Below, piece by piece: positions 54,540-64,000 of a stretch of 64,000 nt of DNA (position 1 is its first letter; each line of letters begins with the position of its first letter). Both the position numbers and the translations under genes were made by a program. The notes beneath the pieces were generated by a model. The model was not told where the DNA came from. It saw only the letters and a list, made by a program, of their open reading frames with translations, and did not search any database. The DNA is from Alistipes sp. (GTDB lineage: Bacteria; Bacteroidota; Bacteroidia; Bacteroidales; Rikenellaceae). The stretch spans positions 4,676-68,675 of the forward strand of contig JAZRDV010000019.1 in NCBI GenBank assembly GCA_045660465.1. The letters are read 5' to 3'.

Positions 54540-57500
54540 ATGCGCAAAGTTATAAAAATATTGGCAATGGTGCTATCGACTATCGTTTTGTTGTCGATAT
54601 TTTTGCCTATTTCTATCACTTTGCTGCTCAGCGTTGACTCTATTCAGAACTTCGTGGCGGGTAAGGCCGCAGAGTTTGCATCCGACTATCTATCTACGAA
54701 GGTCTCTATCGGGCGTATAGACTTAGACCTCTTTTCTCGCGTGCGAGTGCGCGATTTCTACGTCGAGGACTACGAGCAGGATACGCTGCTCTATGTGCGT
54801 GAGGCACGTGCCTCGTTCCGCAGCTTCGACATCAAGCGCACGGGACTGTGCATCTCGGATGCCGAGGCCACGGGTGCAGAGTTTCATCTTCGCGAAATGG
54901 CCGATGGCGAGCTGAATATCCGTCCCATCGTCAAGAAGCTCACGCGCCCCGATGGTAAGAGTGAGTTTAAGATGTATATCGACCATATCCACGCCTTCGA
55001 TGCTCGCTTTACGTACGAGCGTCAGCAGCATCGCAACCCGGAGTATGGCGTGGACTACTTCGACATGGATATACGCAATATCGACGCATGCCTTAAAGAT
55101 TTTGCTGTGGTTCACGGCAAGGTGTGGGGCGATGTTGTGGAGCTCGCGGCCGAGGAGAAGAGTGGCTTTGTGCTCGGCGACCTTACGGGATACTTCTTTG
55201 TCGATAAGGGCATTATCCGCTTTGACCATATCGTAGCGCAAACCGAGAAATCGCTTGTCTACATACCGTCGTTGTCGTTGGAGGGCGGAAGCTGGGAGTG
55301 CTACCAACACTATATTGACGATGTGCGTATGGTCGGCAGCATCGAACGCACGATGCTCTCGACGGATGATGTGGGCTACTTCGCGCCGGGTCTCAGAGAG
55401 TGGCACACCACCATTCGCGATGTTGAGGCCACGTTCGATGGCGTGGTGCGCGACTTTACGGGCGAACTGCTCAATGCCAAGATAGGCAATCGTACGACGG
55501 TTGCAGCCGATGTACATATCATTGGTCTACCCGAGTGGCAGACGTCGAAGTATATCGTTGGCGTTGAGAGGCTGCATGCCGATGCCAAGGATGTGCTTAC
55601 CGTGGTGGAGGACGTTACCAAGCGCAAGTTGCCACCCGCCGTGGAGGATATCGTGCGTCGCGCGGAGTGGGCCGATGTGAGAGCGACGTTTGGCGGCTAC
55701 CTCGATGCCTTCCGTGTGGCGGGTAGCGCAAAGACGGCGCAGGGCGACCTCTCGGCAGATGTCGATTTAAGGCGTAGTGCGAAGAGCAGATATACCATAT
55801 CGGCAAGTGCTGTTACCTCGCAGCTCAACGTGGGTGGTCTTATCGCGAAGTCGGCCCTGGGAGGTCTCGATGCCACAATCACGGCAAATGGCGCGATTGA
55901 GGGTGGTAACATTGTGGCTCAGGTCGATGCCGCGGTCGATAGATTTAGACTCGGCGGCTACACCTACTCGGATATTGATATAGATGGCGAGATTAATGGC
56001 AAGGAGTACTCGTTGGTGGCCAATGTGGCGGACGAAAATCTCAGTTTCGACCTCTACGGCTTGGTTAATATGACCGAGGAGGTTAAGACCTATGATGCCT
56101 CGCTTATGCTCAACCGTGCCGACCTGCATGCCTTGGGTATCAACAAGCGAGATAGCGTGTCGCTGCTCTCGGCGATGGTGGGTCTGCACGCCGAGGGTGC
56201 TACGCTCGACGATATGTCGGCCGAGATAAGTATTGCCGATGCCGAGTATCTCTACCCCGAGGGAGAGCTCGCCAGCGACCTGCTCACCGTGGAGATTAAC
56301 GGTGGCGACGCTCGCAATGGTGGCGATAACCTCAAATATGTGGGTATCACGTCGGAGTTCTTCAATGCCCAATTCCAGAGCCGTATGCCCTACAAGGCGA
56401 TGGGTACCTACCTCTTCAACTCGCTCAAAACATACATACCGTTGCTCTACGATAGCACGGCCACGACAGCACCCGTAACATTGAGCAGTGGTGCTGCTTC
56501 CGAATACTCGATATTGCAGTTTACGGCGGGCGAGAATATCAATGCTCTGCTTGCCCCCATTGTCGGAGGTGTGATGATAGCCCCCGAGACGACGATGCGC
56601 ATGATGTTCAACCCGTCGAATAACCTCATATCGCTAAACGCCAAGTCCGAGGCGTTGGAGTATTCGGGAGTCATCATGGCCAATGCAGAGATTGATATCA
56701 ATAACCGTAGCGACTCGCTCTCGATGTGGGTCAACTCGTCGGGCGTCTACTTCGGCTCGCGTCTGGTTATGCCCAACTTCTCGATTACGGGCGGTGCGCA
56801 CGAGAATCGTATCACCCTCACGGCGGGCTTTAACGACCGCCAAAACCGTCAGTCGGGTATGCTCGGAATGAGTGCTAAGTTTAGTCGCAATGCCGCCAAC
56901 CGACGCTCGGTGCATATCGACATCACACCGTCGCATTTTACCACCGCCACGCAGCAGTGGAAGCTCTCGTCGAAGGGTATCGATATCGACTCGTCGCGTA
57001 TCAGCGTTCGCGACCTCCGCATCGCGCGCCCCGAGCAGTATCTGGTCGTGGATGGCGTAGCGTCGCGCTCGCGAAACGACTCGATACGTCTCACGCTCTC
57101 GAACTTCGACCTCTCGCCACTCTCGGCCATAACGTCGCGCATAGGCTACGACATCGAGGCGCGCTCGAATGGCTATGCCACCGTCAAGTCGGCATTGCAG
57201 GGTCAGGAGATTGAGGCACGTATCGACCTCGACTCCATACGCGTAAACAATATCGCCGCACCCCCGCAGCTCATCACCTCGCAGTGGGACTTCGAGCAAA
57301 ATCGTGCGCGCGTATTCATCTACGACCGTCAGTTAGGCGATACCGTGATACGCGGATACTATCGTCCGCAGGGTAATCGCTACTTCGCACGCGCCAACCT
57401 CAAACGCATCAAGGTAGAGCTTATATCGCCATTCTTAAAGGGTATAATCTCCGATATCGATGGTCTTGCCGATGCCGAGGCGCGCATCGAGGGCGAGGGC

Positions 57501-59168
57501 CGCAGGGCTACGCTCAATGGCTATGCCAAGCTCTCGGACATAGGTGCTACGGTCGATTATACGAAGGTGCGTTACATGGCACCCACGGGCGAGCTTACAA
57601 TCAAGGATAACCATATCTACGCCCACTCCATACCCGTCTACGACAAGGATGGCAACGTGGGACACTACAACATGGATCTCAACCTCGAACACCTCTCGAA
57701 CGTGGTCTACGACATCTCGATAGATGCCGATAAGATGCTGGTGCTCGACACCGACTCGAAGGATAACGACCTCTTCTACGGCCACGTCTTCGCCTCGGGT
57801 ATGGCGCGTATTGCGGGCGACAAGCGAGGGTTGAAGATGGATATAGAGGCTAAGAGTGAGGATAACTCCACCTTCTTCATGCCTCTCTCGGGTAAGGAGG
57901 ATGCCGCCTATGCCGACTTCGTGGTGTTCAAAGAGGCGGATGTCGAGAAGCCCGATACGTCGGCCTTCCTCACGCGCCGCATGATGGCCTACGAGCGCAA
58001 GTATCGCGCTGTAAATACGCTCGGCAGTGTGATGGATATTGATATGAGCTTCGACGTGCAGCCCAATGCCGAGATTCAGCTGGTCATCGACCCTACGGTG
58101 GGCGATATCATCAAGGGACGTGGCCACGGACAGCTCGATATGCACTTTGTGCCCAAGGCCAACATCTTGGAGATGCGTGGCGAGTACACCATCACCGAGG
58201 GTACCTACCTCTTCACGTTGCAGAATATATGGAACAAGAAGTTCACCGTGGAGCCCGGCTCGACGGTAACATGGACGGGAGACCCCATGGGTGCGATGCT
58301 CAACATCAATGCCGTGTACAACGTTAAGGCCTCACTCAAACCACTGCTCGGTAACTCGATGCAGGGCTACGATATGTCACGCGCTGTGCCTGTCGATTGT
58401 TATATCAAGCTGACCGACGAGCTGATGTCGCCAACGGTAACCTTCGATGTGCAGGTGCCCAACGTCGCGCCGGAGATACAGACCGTCATACAGTCGGCAC
58501 TTAACGACCAGCAGGCCATCGCCACGCAGATGTTCTGGCTCTTGGCCGCCAATACGTTTAGTGCTGAGGATACGGGAGCTATGGGTGCTTCGCTATCTGC
58601 CACCACGGGCTTCGAGTTGCTCTCAAATCAGTTGAGCAACTGGCTCTCGGGCGACGACTACAACATCGTCTTGCGCTACCGCCCGCGTACCGAACTTACA
58701 GGAGATGAGGTCGACCTCGGCTTCTCGAAGAGCCTCTTCGACAACCGTCTGCTCTTGGAGGTTGAGGGTGGCTACCTGTCGGATGCCTCGGCGCAGGCTA
58801 CCGAGAATGCCTCGAACTTCGTGGGTGAGGCATTCGTTACATACCTTATCGACCCCGATGGCTCGTTCCGCTTCCGCGGTTTCACGCAGACTATCGACCG
58901 TTATGGCGAGAACCAGGGTATGCAGGAGACGGGCGTGGGACTCTATTATAGCGAGAGCTTCAACACCTTCAAGGAGCTTGGACAGAGCCTCAAACGACGC
59001 TTCGTAAGCCCTGCACGACAGGCCGAGCGCGAGAAGGCGCGCGCCGAACGTCGGGAGCGTAGAGCCGCGAAGCAGGCGAAACGAAGTGGCGTGCCGACGG
59101 TAAACGAGACGGTCGATATGGGTGGCGAGGAGATACCCTTTGTCGAGGATGCCGACATGCTCGACTAA
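54540..59168 (+). CDS. tamB: translocation and assembly module protein TamB (AsmA-like, DUF490 C-terminus)
   Basis: 1542 aa. N-terminal TM anchor ILAMVLSTIVLLSIFLPISITLLL, long beta-rich body, C-terminal TamB-type region (GEYTITEGTYLFTLQNIWNKKFTVEPGSTVTWTGDP). Arg/Lys-rich tail. Confidence 0.85.
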   Translation: MRKVIKILAMVLSTIVLLSIFLPISITLLLSVDSIQNFVAGKAAEFASDYLSTKVSIGRIDLDLFSRVRVRDFYVEDYEQDTLLYVREARASFRSFDIKRTGLCISDAEATGAEFHLREMADGELNIRPIVKKLTRPDGKSEFKMYIDHIHAFDARFTYERQQHRNPEYGVDYFDMDIRNIDACLKDFAVVHGKVWGDVVELAAEEKSGFVLGDLTGYFFVDKGIIRFDHIVAQTEKSLVYIPSLSLEGGSWECYQHYIDDVRMVGSIERTMLSTDDVGYFAPGLREWHTTIRDVEATFDGVVRDFTGELLNAKIGNRTTVAADVHIIGLPEWQTSKYIVGVERLHADAKDVLTVVEDVTKRKLPPAVEDIVRRAEWADVRATFGGYLDAFRVAGSAKTAQGDLSADVDLRRSAKSRYTISASAVTSQLNVGGLIAKSALGGLDATITANGAIEGGNIVAQVDAAVDRFRLGGYTYSDIDIDGEINGKEYSLVANVADENLSFDLYGLVNMTEEVKTYDASLMLNRADLHALGINKRDSVSLLSAMVGLHAEGATLDDMSAEISIADAEYLYPEGELASDLLTVEINGGDARNGGDNLKYVGITSEFFNAQFQSRMPYKAMGTYLFNSLKTYIPLLYDSTATTAPVTLSSGAASEYSILQFTAGENINALLAPIVGGVMIAPETTMRMMFNPSNNLISLNAKSEALEYSGVIMANAEIDINNRSDSLSMWVNSSGVYFGSRLVMPNFSITGGAHENRITLTAGFNDRQNRQSGMLGMSAKFSRNAANRRSVHIDITPSHFTTATQQWKLSSKGIDIDSSRISVRDLRIARPEQYLVVDGVASRSRNDSIRLTLSNFDLSPLSAITSRIGYDIEARSNGYATVKSALQGQEIEARIDLDSIRVNNIAAPPQLITSQWDFEQNRARVFIYDRQLGDTVIRGYYRPQGNRYFARANLKRIKVELISPFLKGIISDIDGLADAEARIEGEGRRATLNGYAKLSDIGATVDYTKVRYMAPTGELTIKDNHIYAHSIPVYDKDGNVGHYNMDLNLEHLSNVVYDISIDADKMLVLDTDSKDNDLFYGHVFASGMARIAGDKRGLKMDIEAKSEDNSTFFMPLSGKEDAAYADFVVFKEADVEKPDTSAFLTRRMMAYERKYRAVNTLGSVMDIDMSFDVQPNAEIQLVIDPTVGDIIKGRGHGQLDMHFVPKANILEMRGEYTITEGTYLFTLQNIWNKKFTVEPGSTVTWTGDPMGAMLNINAVYNVKASLKPLLGNSMQGYDMSRAVPVDCYIKLTDELMSPTVTFDVQVPNVAPEIQTVIQSALNDQQAIATQMFWLLAANTFSAEDTGAMGASLSATTGFELLSNQLSNWLSGDDYNIVLRYRPRTELTGDEVDLGFSKSLFDNRLLLEVEGGYLSDASAQATENASNFVGEAFVTYLIDPDGSFRFRGFTQTIDRYGENQGMQETGVGLYYSESFNTFKELGQSLKRRFVSPARQAEREKARAERRERRAAKQAKRSGVPTVNETVDMGGEEIPFVEDADMLD

Positions 59169-59243
59169 TGTGATAGCGGCAATGTGTGCCGCGACGAGTG
59201 ATGAAATGATAATAGAAATAAGATAACTAAAACTTAAACAACT

Positions 59244-60005
59244 ATGATTAAACTACTTAATGTTGCCACAGCGACGACTGTGGAGGGTGCTGAGCTTACG
59301 CAGGCACAAATCGACTCATTGGCCCTTGCCGAGCAGGCTGCGGCACAGGCAGCCCAGCAGAGCGCAGCCGAGAACCTCTCGATAGGTTTTTGGGACTTGT
59401 TCATGGGTGGTGGATGGCTCATGTGGGTTCTTGTTGCTCTGGCGGGCATGATGATTTTCATCTTCGTGGAGCGATTTATCGCTATCCGCAAGGCTACGAC
59501 CATCGACAACAACTTCATGAATCGTATCCGCGACTATATCTCGGAGGGTAACATCGCTGCGGCTATCGACCTCTGCCGTCGTACCGACTCGCCCGTGGCT
59601 CGTATGATTGAGAAGGGTATCGAGCGTATTGGCCGTCCTATGGGCGACATACAGAGTGCTATCGAGAATGTCGCCAATGTTGAGGTTGCGAAGCTCGAAA
59701 CGGGACTTCCGACACTCGCCTCAATATCGGGTGGTGCGCCTATGATTGGTTTCTTGGGTACGGTAGTAGGTATGGTGCAGGTCTTCATCGACATGTCGGC
59801 CGGCACGTCGGGAGGTATCGAGATTCAGCAGCTCTCGTCGGGTATGTATGTAGCGATGGTAACCACCGTAGGTGGTCTTATCGTGGGTATCCCTGCATAC
59901 TTCGGCCATAACTACCTTGTGGCACGTATCGAGAAGCTCATCTTCCGCATGGAGGCTACGACCATCGCCTTTATGGATATTTTGAACCAGCCCGTACAAA
60001 AATAA
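59244..60005 (+). CDS. exbB: MotA/TolQ/ExbB proton-channel family protein
   Basis: Three TM segments; conserved LASISGGAPMIGFLGTVVGM and MVTTVGGLIVGIPAYFGHNYL. Confidence 0.9.
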   Translation: MIKLLNVATATTVEGAELTQAQIDSLALAEQAAAQAAQQSAAENLSIGFWDLFMGGGWLMWVLVALAGMMIFIFVERFIAIRKATTIDNNFMNRIRDYISEGNIAAAIDLCRRTDSPVARMIEKGIERIGRPMGDIQSAIENVANVEVAKLETGLPTLASISGGAPMIGFLGTVVGMVQVFIDMSAGTSGGIEIQQLSSGMYVAMVTTVGGLIVGIPAYFGHNYLVARIEKLIFRMEATTIAFMDILNQPVQK

Positions 60006-60015
60006 TTGAGAGACT

Positions 60016-60456
60016 ATGGCTATAAAACGCAGTTCAAAGGTAAGCACGGAGTTCTCGTCGTCGTCAATGACCGACCTTGTATTCCTGTTGCTTATATTCA
60101 TGGTGCTGGCCACGACGATGATTAACCCGAATAACTCGGTTAAGCTCACCTTGCCGTCATCGTCGAGCACGGAGGGTGATCCCTCGACCATATCGCTCTC
60201 GGTTGTGGCCGACATGCAGGGCGAGTCGGGCTATGCCTATGTCATCAACAGCGATGCTCCCTGCTACTCGGTATCGGAGGTGGCTGCGGCACTAAAACTC
60301 AAATATGAGCCCTTTGTGGAGCGTCCCGAGGAGGAGCGTCCCATCATCTCGTTGCGCTGCGACGAGAAGGTTACGGTGGATGCCTTAGTCGAGATTATCG
60401 ACCTCACGCGCGACCAGAAGTATAAGATGGTGCTTGCAACCAAAGATAAGAAGTAA
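60016..60456 (+). CDS. exbD: biopolymer transport protein ExbD/TolR
   Basis: SSSMTDLVFLLLIFMVLATT (conserved Asp in the TM helix); 146 aa; 10 nt after exbB. Confidence 0.88.
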   Translation: MAIKRSSKVSTEFSSSSMTDLVFLLLIFMVLATTMINPNNSVKLTLPSSSSTEGDPSTISLSVVADMQGESGYAYVINSDAPCYSVSEVAAALKLKYEPFVERPEEERPIISLRCDEKVTVDALVEIIDLTRDQKYKMVLATKDKK

Positions 60457-61169
60457 TGGAGTATTACGATCCCATAGACCATACATCGAGACGTTATGCC
60501 GCTATGGCCACCGCCGCGGTATTGGCCGTATGTGGCTTGGTCATGTGGCTTGGTGAGGTTGCTGTGCACCCCGTAGAGCGACCTATGCCCCCCTATGAGA
60601 TTATCTTCGAGGCGTTGACCGAGGAGGTCGAGGAGCCGCGCATGCACACTGCACCCGCACCGTCGCGCGATGTGCGCTATGATGTGCGTCCGGCGCATGT
60701 TGAGGAGTCGCGCAGCGAGTCGAGTGTCGAAAATTCGGGCGAGGCCGAGAAGACACAGACCCTAAACCCCAATGCACTCTTTAAGCCCACCGTCGGAAAT
60801 GTCGACGAGACGGTGGCGGCGGGCAACCGTCTCGCCCCCGATGGCGATAAGGAGAGTAGTCGAGGCTCGGGTGCTGGTTACAACCTGCAAGGTAGCGACC
60901 AGCTCGATGCGGGTCTGCGCGGACGTGGTCTGCGCGAGGCTCTGCCACGACCTCAGGCCAACTTCCAGAGCGAGGGCACGGTGGTGGTGAGTGTGGTTAT
61001 CGATGGCGAGGGTAATGTTACCTCGGCGACGATACGTCAGCAGGGCACGACCACCAACGACACCGAGCTACGCAATAAGGCTCTTGCCGCCGCACGAAAG
61101 GCTAAGTTCCGCCCGAGCGACAGATTGTCGCAGGGAGGTACCATAACCTATGTATTTACGCTAAAATAG
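60456..61169 (+). CDS. tonB: energy transducer TonB (C-terminal TonB domain)
   Basis: N-terminal TM (MATAAVLAVCGLVMWLG). C-terminal EGTVVVSVVIDGEGNVTSATIRQQGTTTNDTELRNKALAAARKAKFRP. The start overlaps the exbD stop by 1 nt (TAATG). Confidence 0.85.
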   Translation: MEYYDPIDHTSRRYAAMATAAVLAVCGLVMWLGEVAVHPVERPMPPYEIIFEALTEEVEEPRMHTAPAPSRDVRYDVRPAHVEESRSESSVENSGEAEKTQTLNPNALFKPTVGNVDETVAAGNRLAPDGDKESSRGSGAGYNLQGSDQLDAGLRGRGLREALPRPQANFQSEGTVVVSVVIDGEGNVTSATIRQQGTTTNDTELRNKALAAARKAKFRPSDRLSQGGTITYVFTLK

Positions 61170-61181
61170 AGTATTTTAACC

Positions 61182-61574
61182 ATGAAACGATTGCTTTGTG
61201 TCGTTGCTATGCTCGGCATGTTGTTAAGCACCCATGCTGTCTCTGCCGAGGAGCCGCAAGGAGCCGTTATCGAGTTCCGCACCAAGGTCTTTGACCTCGG
61301 CACACTCACGCAGGATGATGATAGACAGATGGTGCGTGTGCCCTTCACGAATGTGGGCGATGCTCCACTTGTAGTCTTGGAGGTGCGCACGTCGTGCAGT
61401 TGTACCACGGTGCAGTATGAGCGTCGAAAGATTATGCCCTCGGAGCAGGGAGTGTTGAACATATCGATGGACCCCTCGAAGGCCCCTACGGGTAGCTTCT
61501 ACCGCGTGTTGCAGGTCATATCGAACGCCACGCCGAGCCCCGCCAACCTGACACTTAAAGCAGTTATCGAATAA
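61182..61574 (+). CDS. DUF1573 domain-containing protein
   Basis: Signal peptide, then FDLGTLTQDD...VPFTNVGDAPLVVLEVRTSCSCTT, the hallmark DUF1573 pattern. Confidence 0.85.
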   Translation: MKRLLCVVAMLGMLLSTHAVSAEEPQGAVIEFRTKVFDLGTLTQDDDRQMVRVPFTNVGDAPLVVLEVRTSCSCTTVQYERRKIMPSEQGVLNISMDPSKAPTGSFYRVLQVISNATPSPANLTLKAVIE

Positions 61575-61587
61575 AAACAGAGATATT

Positions 61588-62256
61588 ATGAACGTAGCAC
61601 GTCTGACATTTAACCCCATACAGGAGAACACCTACATCGTATGGGACGATACGAAGGAGTGTATCATCATCGATGCCGGTAACTTCTCGGCAAAGGAGGA
61701 TGCAGCACTTACCGACTTTCTGAATAAGCATGACTTGCGCCCCACGATGGCCGTAAATACGCATGGCCACTTCGACCACGCTATGGGTGTGGCCTACGTC
61801 AAGGAGACCTACAACGTGCCCTTTGCATGCTCTATGAAGGACTCGTTTCTTACCGAAAAGGCTGTCGAGAGCGGTATGATGTTCGGTGTGAAGTGTGCCC
61901 CTGTGCCCGCTATCGACATCGACCTGGATGCGACTGACGTAATCACCTTTGGCAACACCACGTTGCAGGTTATCAAGACCCCGGGACATACGCCCGGCCA
62001 TGTGGCACTCTACAATGCCGAGCATAAGATGCTCTTCACGGGTGATACGCTCTTCCGCGAGAGCATCGGACGCACGGATTTGCCCGGTGGCGACTACTCG
62101 TGGATTATGCGCTCTATATTGGAGCAGATACTCCCCCTGGGCGACGACACGACCATCTATCCCGGACATGGCGATAAGTCGGATCTCGGCCACGAGACGC
62201 TCTACAACCCCTTCATCACCGAGGTACTCAACAACGAGATAAACTATAAAGGATAG
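61588..62256 (+). CDS. MBL-fold metallo-hydrolase (glyoxalase II-like)
   Basis: NTHGHFDHAMG (HxHxDH), TPGHTPGH, GDTLF, YPGHG. Confidence 0.88.
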   Translation: MNVARLTFNPIQENTYIVWDDTKECIIIDAGNFSAKEDAALTDFLNKHDLRPTMAVNTHGHFDHAMGVAYVKETYNVPFACSMKDSFLTEKAVESGMMFGVKCAPVPAIDIDLDATDVITFGNTTLQVIKTPGHTPGHVALYNAEHKMLFTGDTLFRESIGRTDLPGGDYSWIMRSILEQILPLGDDTTIYPGHGDKSDLGHETLYNPFITEVLNNEINYKG

Positions 62257-62259
62257 AGT

Positions 62260-62934
62260 ATGCGTATTGATATTATCACCGTTGTGCCGGAGCTCTTGGC
62301 CTCGCCTCTGAACGAGTCTATATTGAAACGTGCGCAGGAGTCGGGACATGCCGAGATATATGTGCATAACCTCCGAGACTACACCGACGATAAGCGTCGT
62401 ACGGTAGACGACTACCCCTTCGGTGGTGAGGCGGGTATGGTCATGAAGATTGAGCCCGTGTTTCGCTGCATCGAGAAGTTGAAGTCGGAGCGCGACTACG
62501 ACGAGATTATCTTCACCTCGCCCGATGGTGTGCGCTACGACCAGCACGAGGCAAACCGTCTCTCGCTGATGAAGAACATAATCATCCTTTGTGGCCACTA
62601 CAAAGGTATAGATTATCGTATTCGCGAGCACCTCATCACGCGCGAGATATCTATTGGCGACTATGTCCTGACGGGAGGCGAGCTTGCGGCATGCGTCATC
62701 GCCGACTCCGTCGTACGCATCATACCGGGTGCTATTGGCGACGAGGCCTCGGCACTCACGGACTGCTTTCAGGATAACCTGTTAGCCCCGCCCGTATATA
62801 CGCGCCCTGCGGAGTTCAACGGCTGGAAGGTTCCCGAGGTGTTGCTATCGGGCAACTTTGCCGAGATAGAGAAGTGGCAGGACGAGCAGGCGTGGGAGCG
62901 CACGAAGAGTCTGCGTCCCGACCTATTGCCCTAA
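62260..62934 (+). CDS. trmD: tRNA (guanine37-N1)-methyltransferase
   Basis: [44 protein letters not shown] (SPOUT knot). Confidence 0.95.
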   Translation: MRIDIITVVPELLASPLNESILKRAQESGHAEIYVHNLRDYTDDKRRTVDDYPFGGEAGMVMKIEPVFRCIEKLKSERDYDEIIFTSPDGVRYDQHEANRLSLMKNIIILCGHYKGIDYRIREHLITREISIGDYVLTGGELAACVIADSVVRIIPGAIGDEASALTDCFQDNLLAPPVYTRPAEFNGWKVPEVLLSGNFAEIEKWQDEQAWERTKSLRPDLLP

Positions 62935-62954
62935 GGGTTGTTGCATATAATAAG

Positions 62955-62983
62955 GGGAGTGGCTAACATTTTAAGCCACTCCC
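62955..62983 (+). terminator. terminator hairpin after trmD
   Basis: GGGAGTGGCT-AACATTTTA-AGCCACTCCC (10-bp perfect stem), followed by ACTCTTTTA. Confidence 0.65.
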
Positions 62984-63017
62984 ACTCTTTTATGCCTATA
63001 TGTGTTGTGCTGTTCGC

Positions 63018-63593
63018 CTATTTTATATCGAAGTCGAGCAACACCTTGTCGCCTACCACCAAGCGGTAGTTGTCGCCCGCTTTAACCTCAATCTTCGCGG
63101 GTGAGCCCAAGAATATTAGGTCGCCTATGCGTAGTGTCATAGCCTCCGAGAGGTGGCCGACGACGCTGTCGGCCGTGAAGCGCATATCCGCAATATTTAT
63201 GCGTGCGCGCTCCTCGCCGTTAACATAGAATATAGCACCCTGCAATGCGGCATCGCGTGGTAGTGTGTTGAGCGATAGTGCCGACGAGTGGTCGAAGCCT
63301 ACCGCCTCGTCCCAGGGCAAGCCCTCGCGGCGTAATGCGCGCAGACGCTCCTCGGCAGTGAATACCACGCCACCCATTATGGCATCGTAGCAGCGTGTGG
63401 CAAAACGCTCGCTCACGCACTTCGCCAAGCGCGATATACGCAGGACAATCTGTGGCTCGGCGACCATACTACCCAACGTATCGGGGATGTAGAAGGCGTC
63501 GTTGTTGCGCAATAGTGCTGTGTCGGCTTTCAGGTAGAAGCGTGGCGCATCGCCCTCGTGGGTGTAGTTGTTTATGATGTTTATAAGTTTCAT
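63018..63593 (-). CDS. fumarylacetoacetate hydrolase (FAH) family protein
   Basis: 191 aa. The pattern FYLKADTALLRNNDAFYIP...EPQIVLRI...GDLIFLGSP resembles short FAH-family proteins. Assignment by eye only. Confidence 0.6.
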   Translation of the reverse strand: MKLINIINNYTHEGDAPRFYLKADTALLRNNDAFYIPDTLGSMVAEPQIVLRISRLAKCVSERFATRCYDAIMGGVVFTAEERLRALRREGLPWDEAVGFDHSSALSLNTLPRDAALQGAIFYVNGEERARINIADMRFTADSVVGHLSEAMTLRIGDLIFLGSPAKIEVKAGDNYRLVVGDKVLLDFDIK

Positions 63594-64000
63594 TATCGCT
63601 GTTTTAGTGAGTTTACCATATCCTCGGCAAAGCGTTGCGAGGCCCCTGCACCGCCCATTATGCCGCGCAACTCTTCGAAGTCGTTGAGCATGCGCTCTCG
63701 CGCCGAGCCTCCCGTGAGTATCGCGCCGAGCTCGTTGCGTGCCTCTGCGATGTCGAACTTCGAGCGCACTATCTCCCTTACGGCCTCACGTCCGAGGTTG
63801 AGGTTTACGAGCGATATGTAGGGCACCTTCAATACGTAGGGACGTAGCTTCTCGTATAGCCATACTGTGTGATACAGCACCACCTCGGGTGTGCCTATGA
63901 GTGCTGTTTCGAGCGTCGCCGTGCCCGATGTTACCACCGCAGCATCGGCCACCGAGAGTAGCTCGTAGGTCTTGTTGCAGACAAAGGCAATATTGCTTTG
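63593..64000 (-). CDS. lpxB: lipid-A-disaccharide synthase, C-terminal part (gene continues beyond the window end)
   Basis: ...YELLSVADAAVVTSGTATLETALIGTPEVVLYH...YISLVNL is a canonical LpxB C-terminal region. The frame stays open to position 64000. The stop overlaps the FAH start by 1 nt. Confidence 0.9.
   Translation of the reverse strand, partial: QSNIAFVCNKTYELLSVADAAVVTSGTATLETALIGTPEVVLYHTVWLYEKLRPYVLKVPYISLVNLNLGREAVREIVRSKFDIAEARNELGAILTGGSARERMLNDFEELRGIMGGAGASQRFAEDMVNSLKQR

Noticed and set aside
61564-62631. 355-aa minus-strand ORF opposite the MBL hydrolase and trmD
   Set aside because: Antisense to two canonical genes; no start context, no motifs.

Overview
This 64 kb window reads as core chromosome of a Bacteroidota genome (Bacteroidales, Prevotella-like). 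The taxon is inferred from TAnnTTTG promoter boxes, absence of Shine-Dalgarno sequences, lipoprotein/BACON/BspA-LRR/TonB-receptor content and GC-rich codon bias.

I can support:
- 48 protein-coding genes, one cut by the window end
- one RNase P RNA gene hidden under spurious ORFs
- 17 candidate -7 promoter boxes
- about a dozen terminator hairpins
- several intergenic repeat/hairpin elements

Gene content is mostly housekeeping. In order along the window:
- nucleoside permease, rarA, groES-groEL, a large secreted mosaic protein, rpsU
- ComEA-like HhH protein, UbiD-family decarboxylase, kdsD-kdsA-kdsB, lon
- manC-like gene, pssA, porin-like outer-membrane protein, SLT transglycosylase, acyl-CoA ligase
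- surface GH13 lipoprotein, orphan glycosyltransferase, rnpB
- TonB-dependent receptor plus a His-rich mini-protein, sdaA, hemW
- an alpha-glucan cluster (debranching-like enzyme, GT4, GH57, mini-lipoprotein)
- htrA, ftsB-like gene, queE, hpt
- a complete [FeFe]-hydrogenase operon hydA-hydE-hydG-hydF
- a 1170-aa BACON + BspA-type LRR lipoprotein, PepSY-like protein, TIGR01212-like radical SAM, tsaD, tamB
- exbB-exbD-tonB-DUF1573-MBL-trmD, FAH-family protein, lpxB (partial)

I see no transposase, integrase, phage, CRISPR, restriction-modification or recognisable defence or toxin genes. I therefore cannot honestly point to a clear new multi-gene system.

The best leads are modest:
1. A His-rich single-pass mini-protein next to an orphan TonB-dependent receptor.
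2. A family of octamer-periodic (TTAGGGAA-like) hairpins at three gene 3' ends.
3. A duplicated 67-nt intergenic element, one copy bracketed by a perfect 18-bp inverted repeat.
4. A 1130-aa secreted mosaic protein with an unassignable C-terminal region.
5. A carbohydrate-binding-module-like insertion inside the GH13 catalytic barrel.

All homology statements come from motif recognition by eye. No database search was run.
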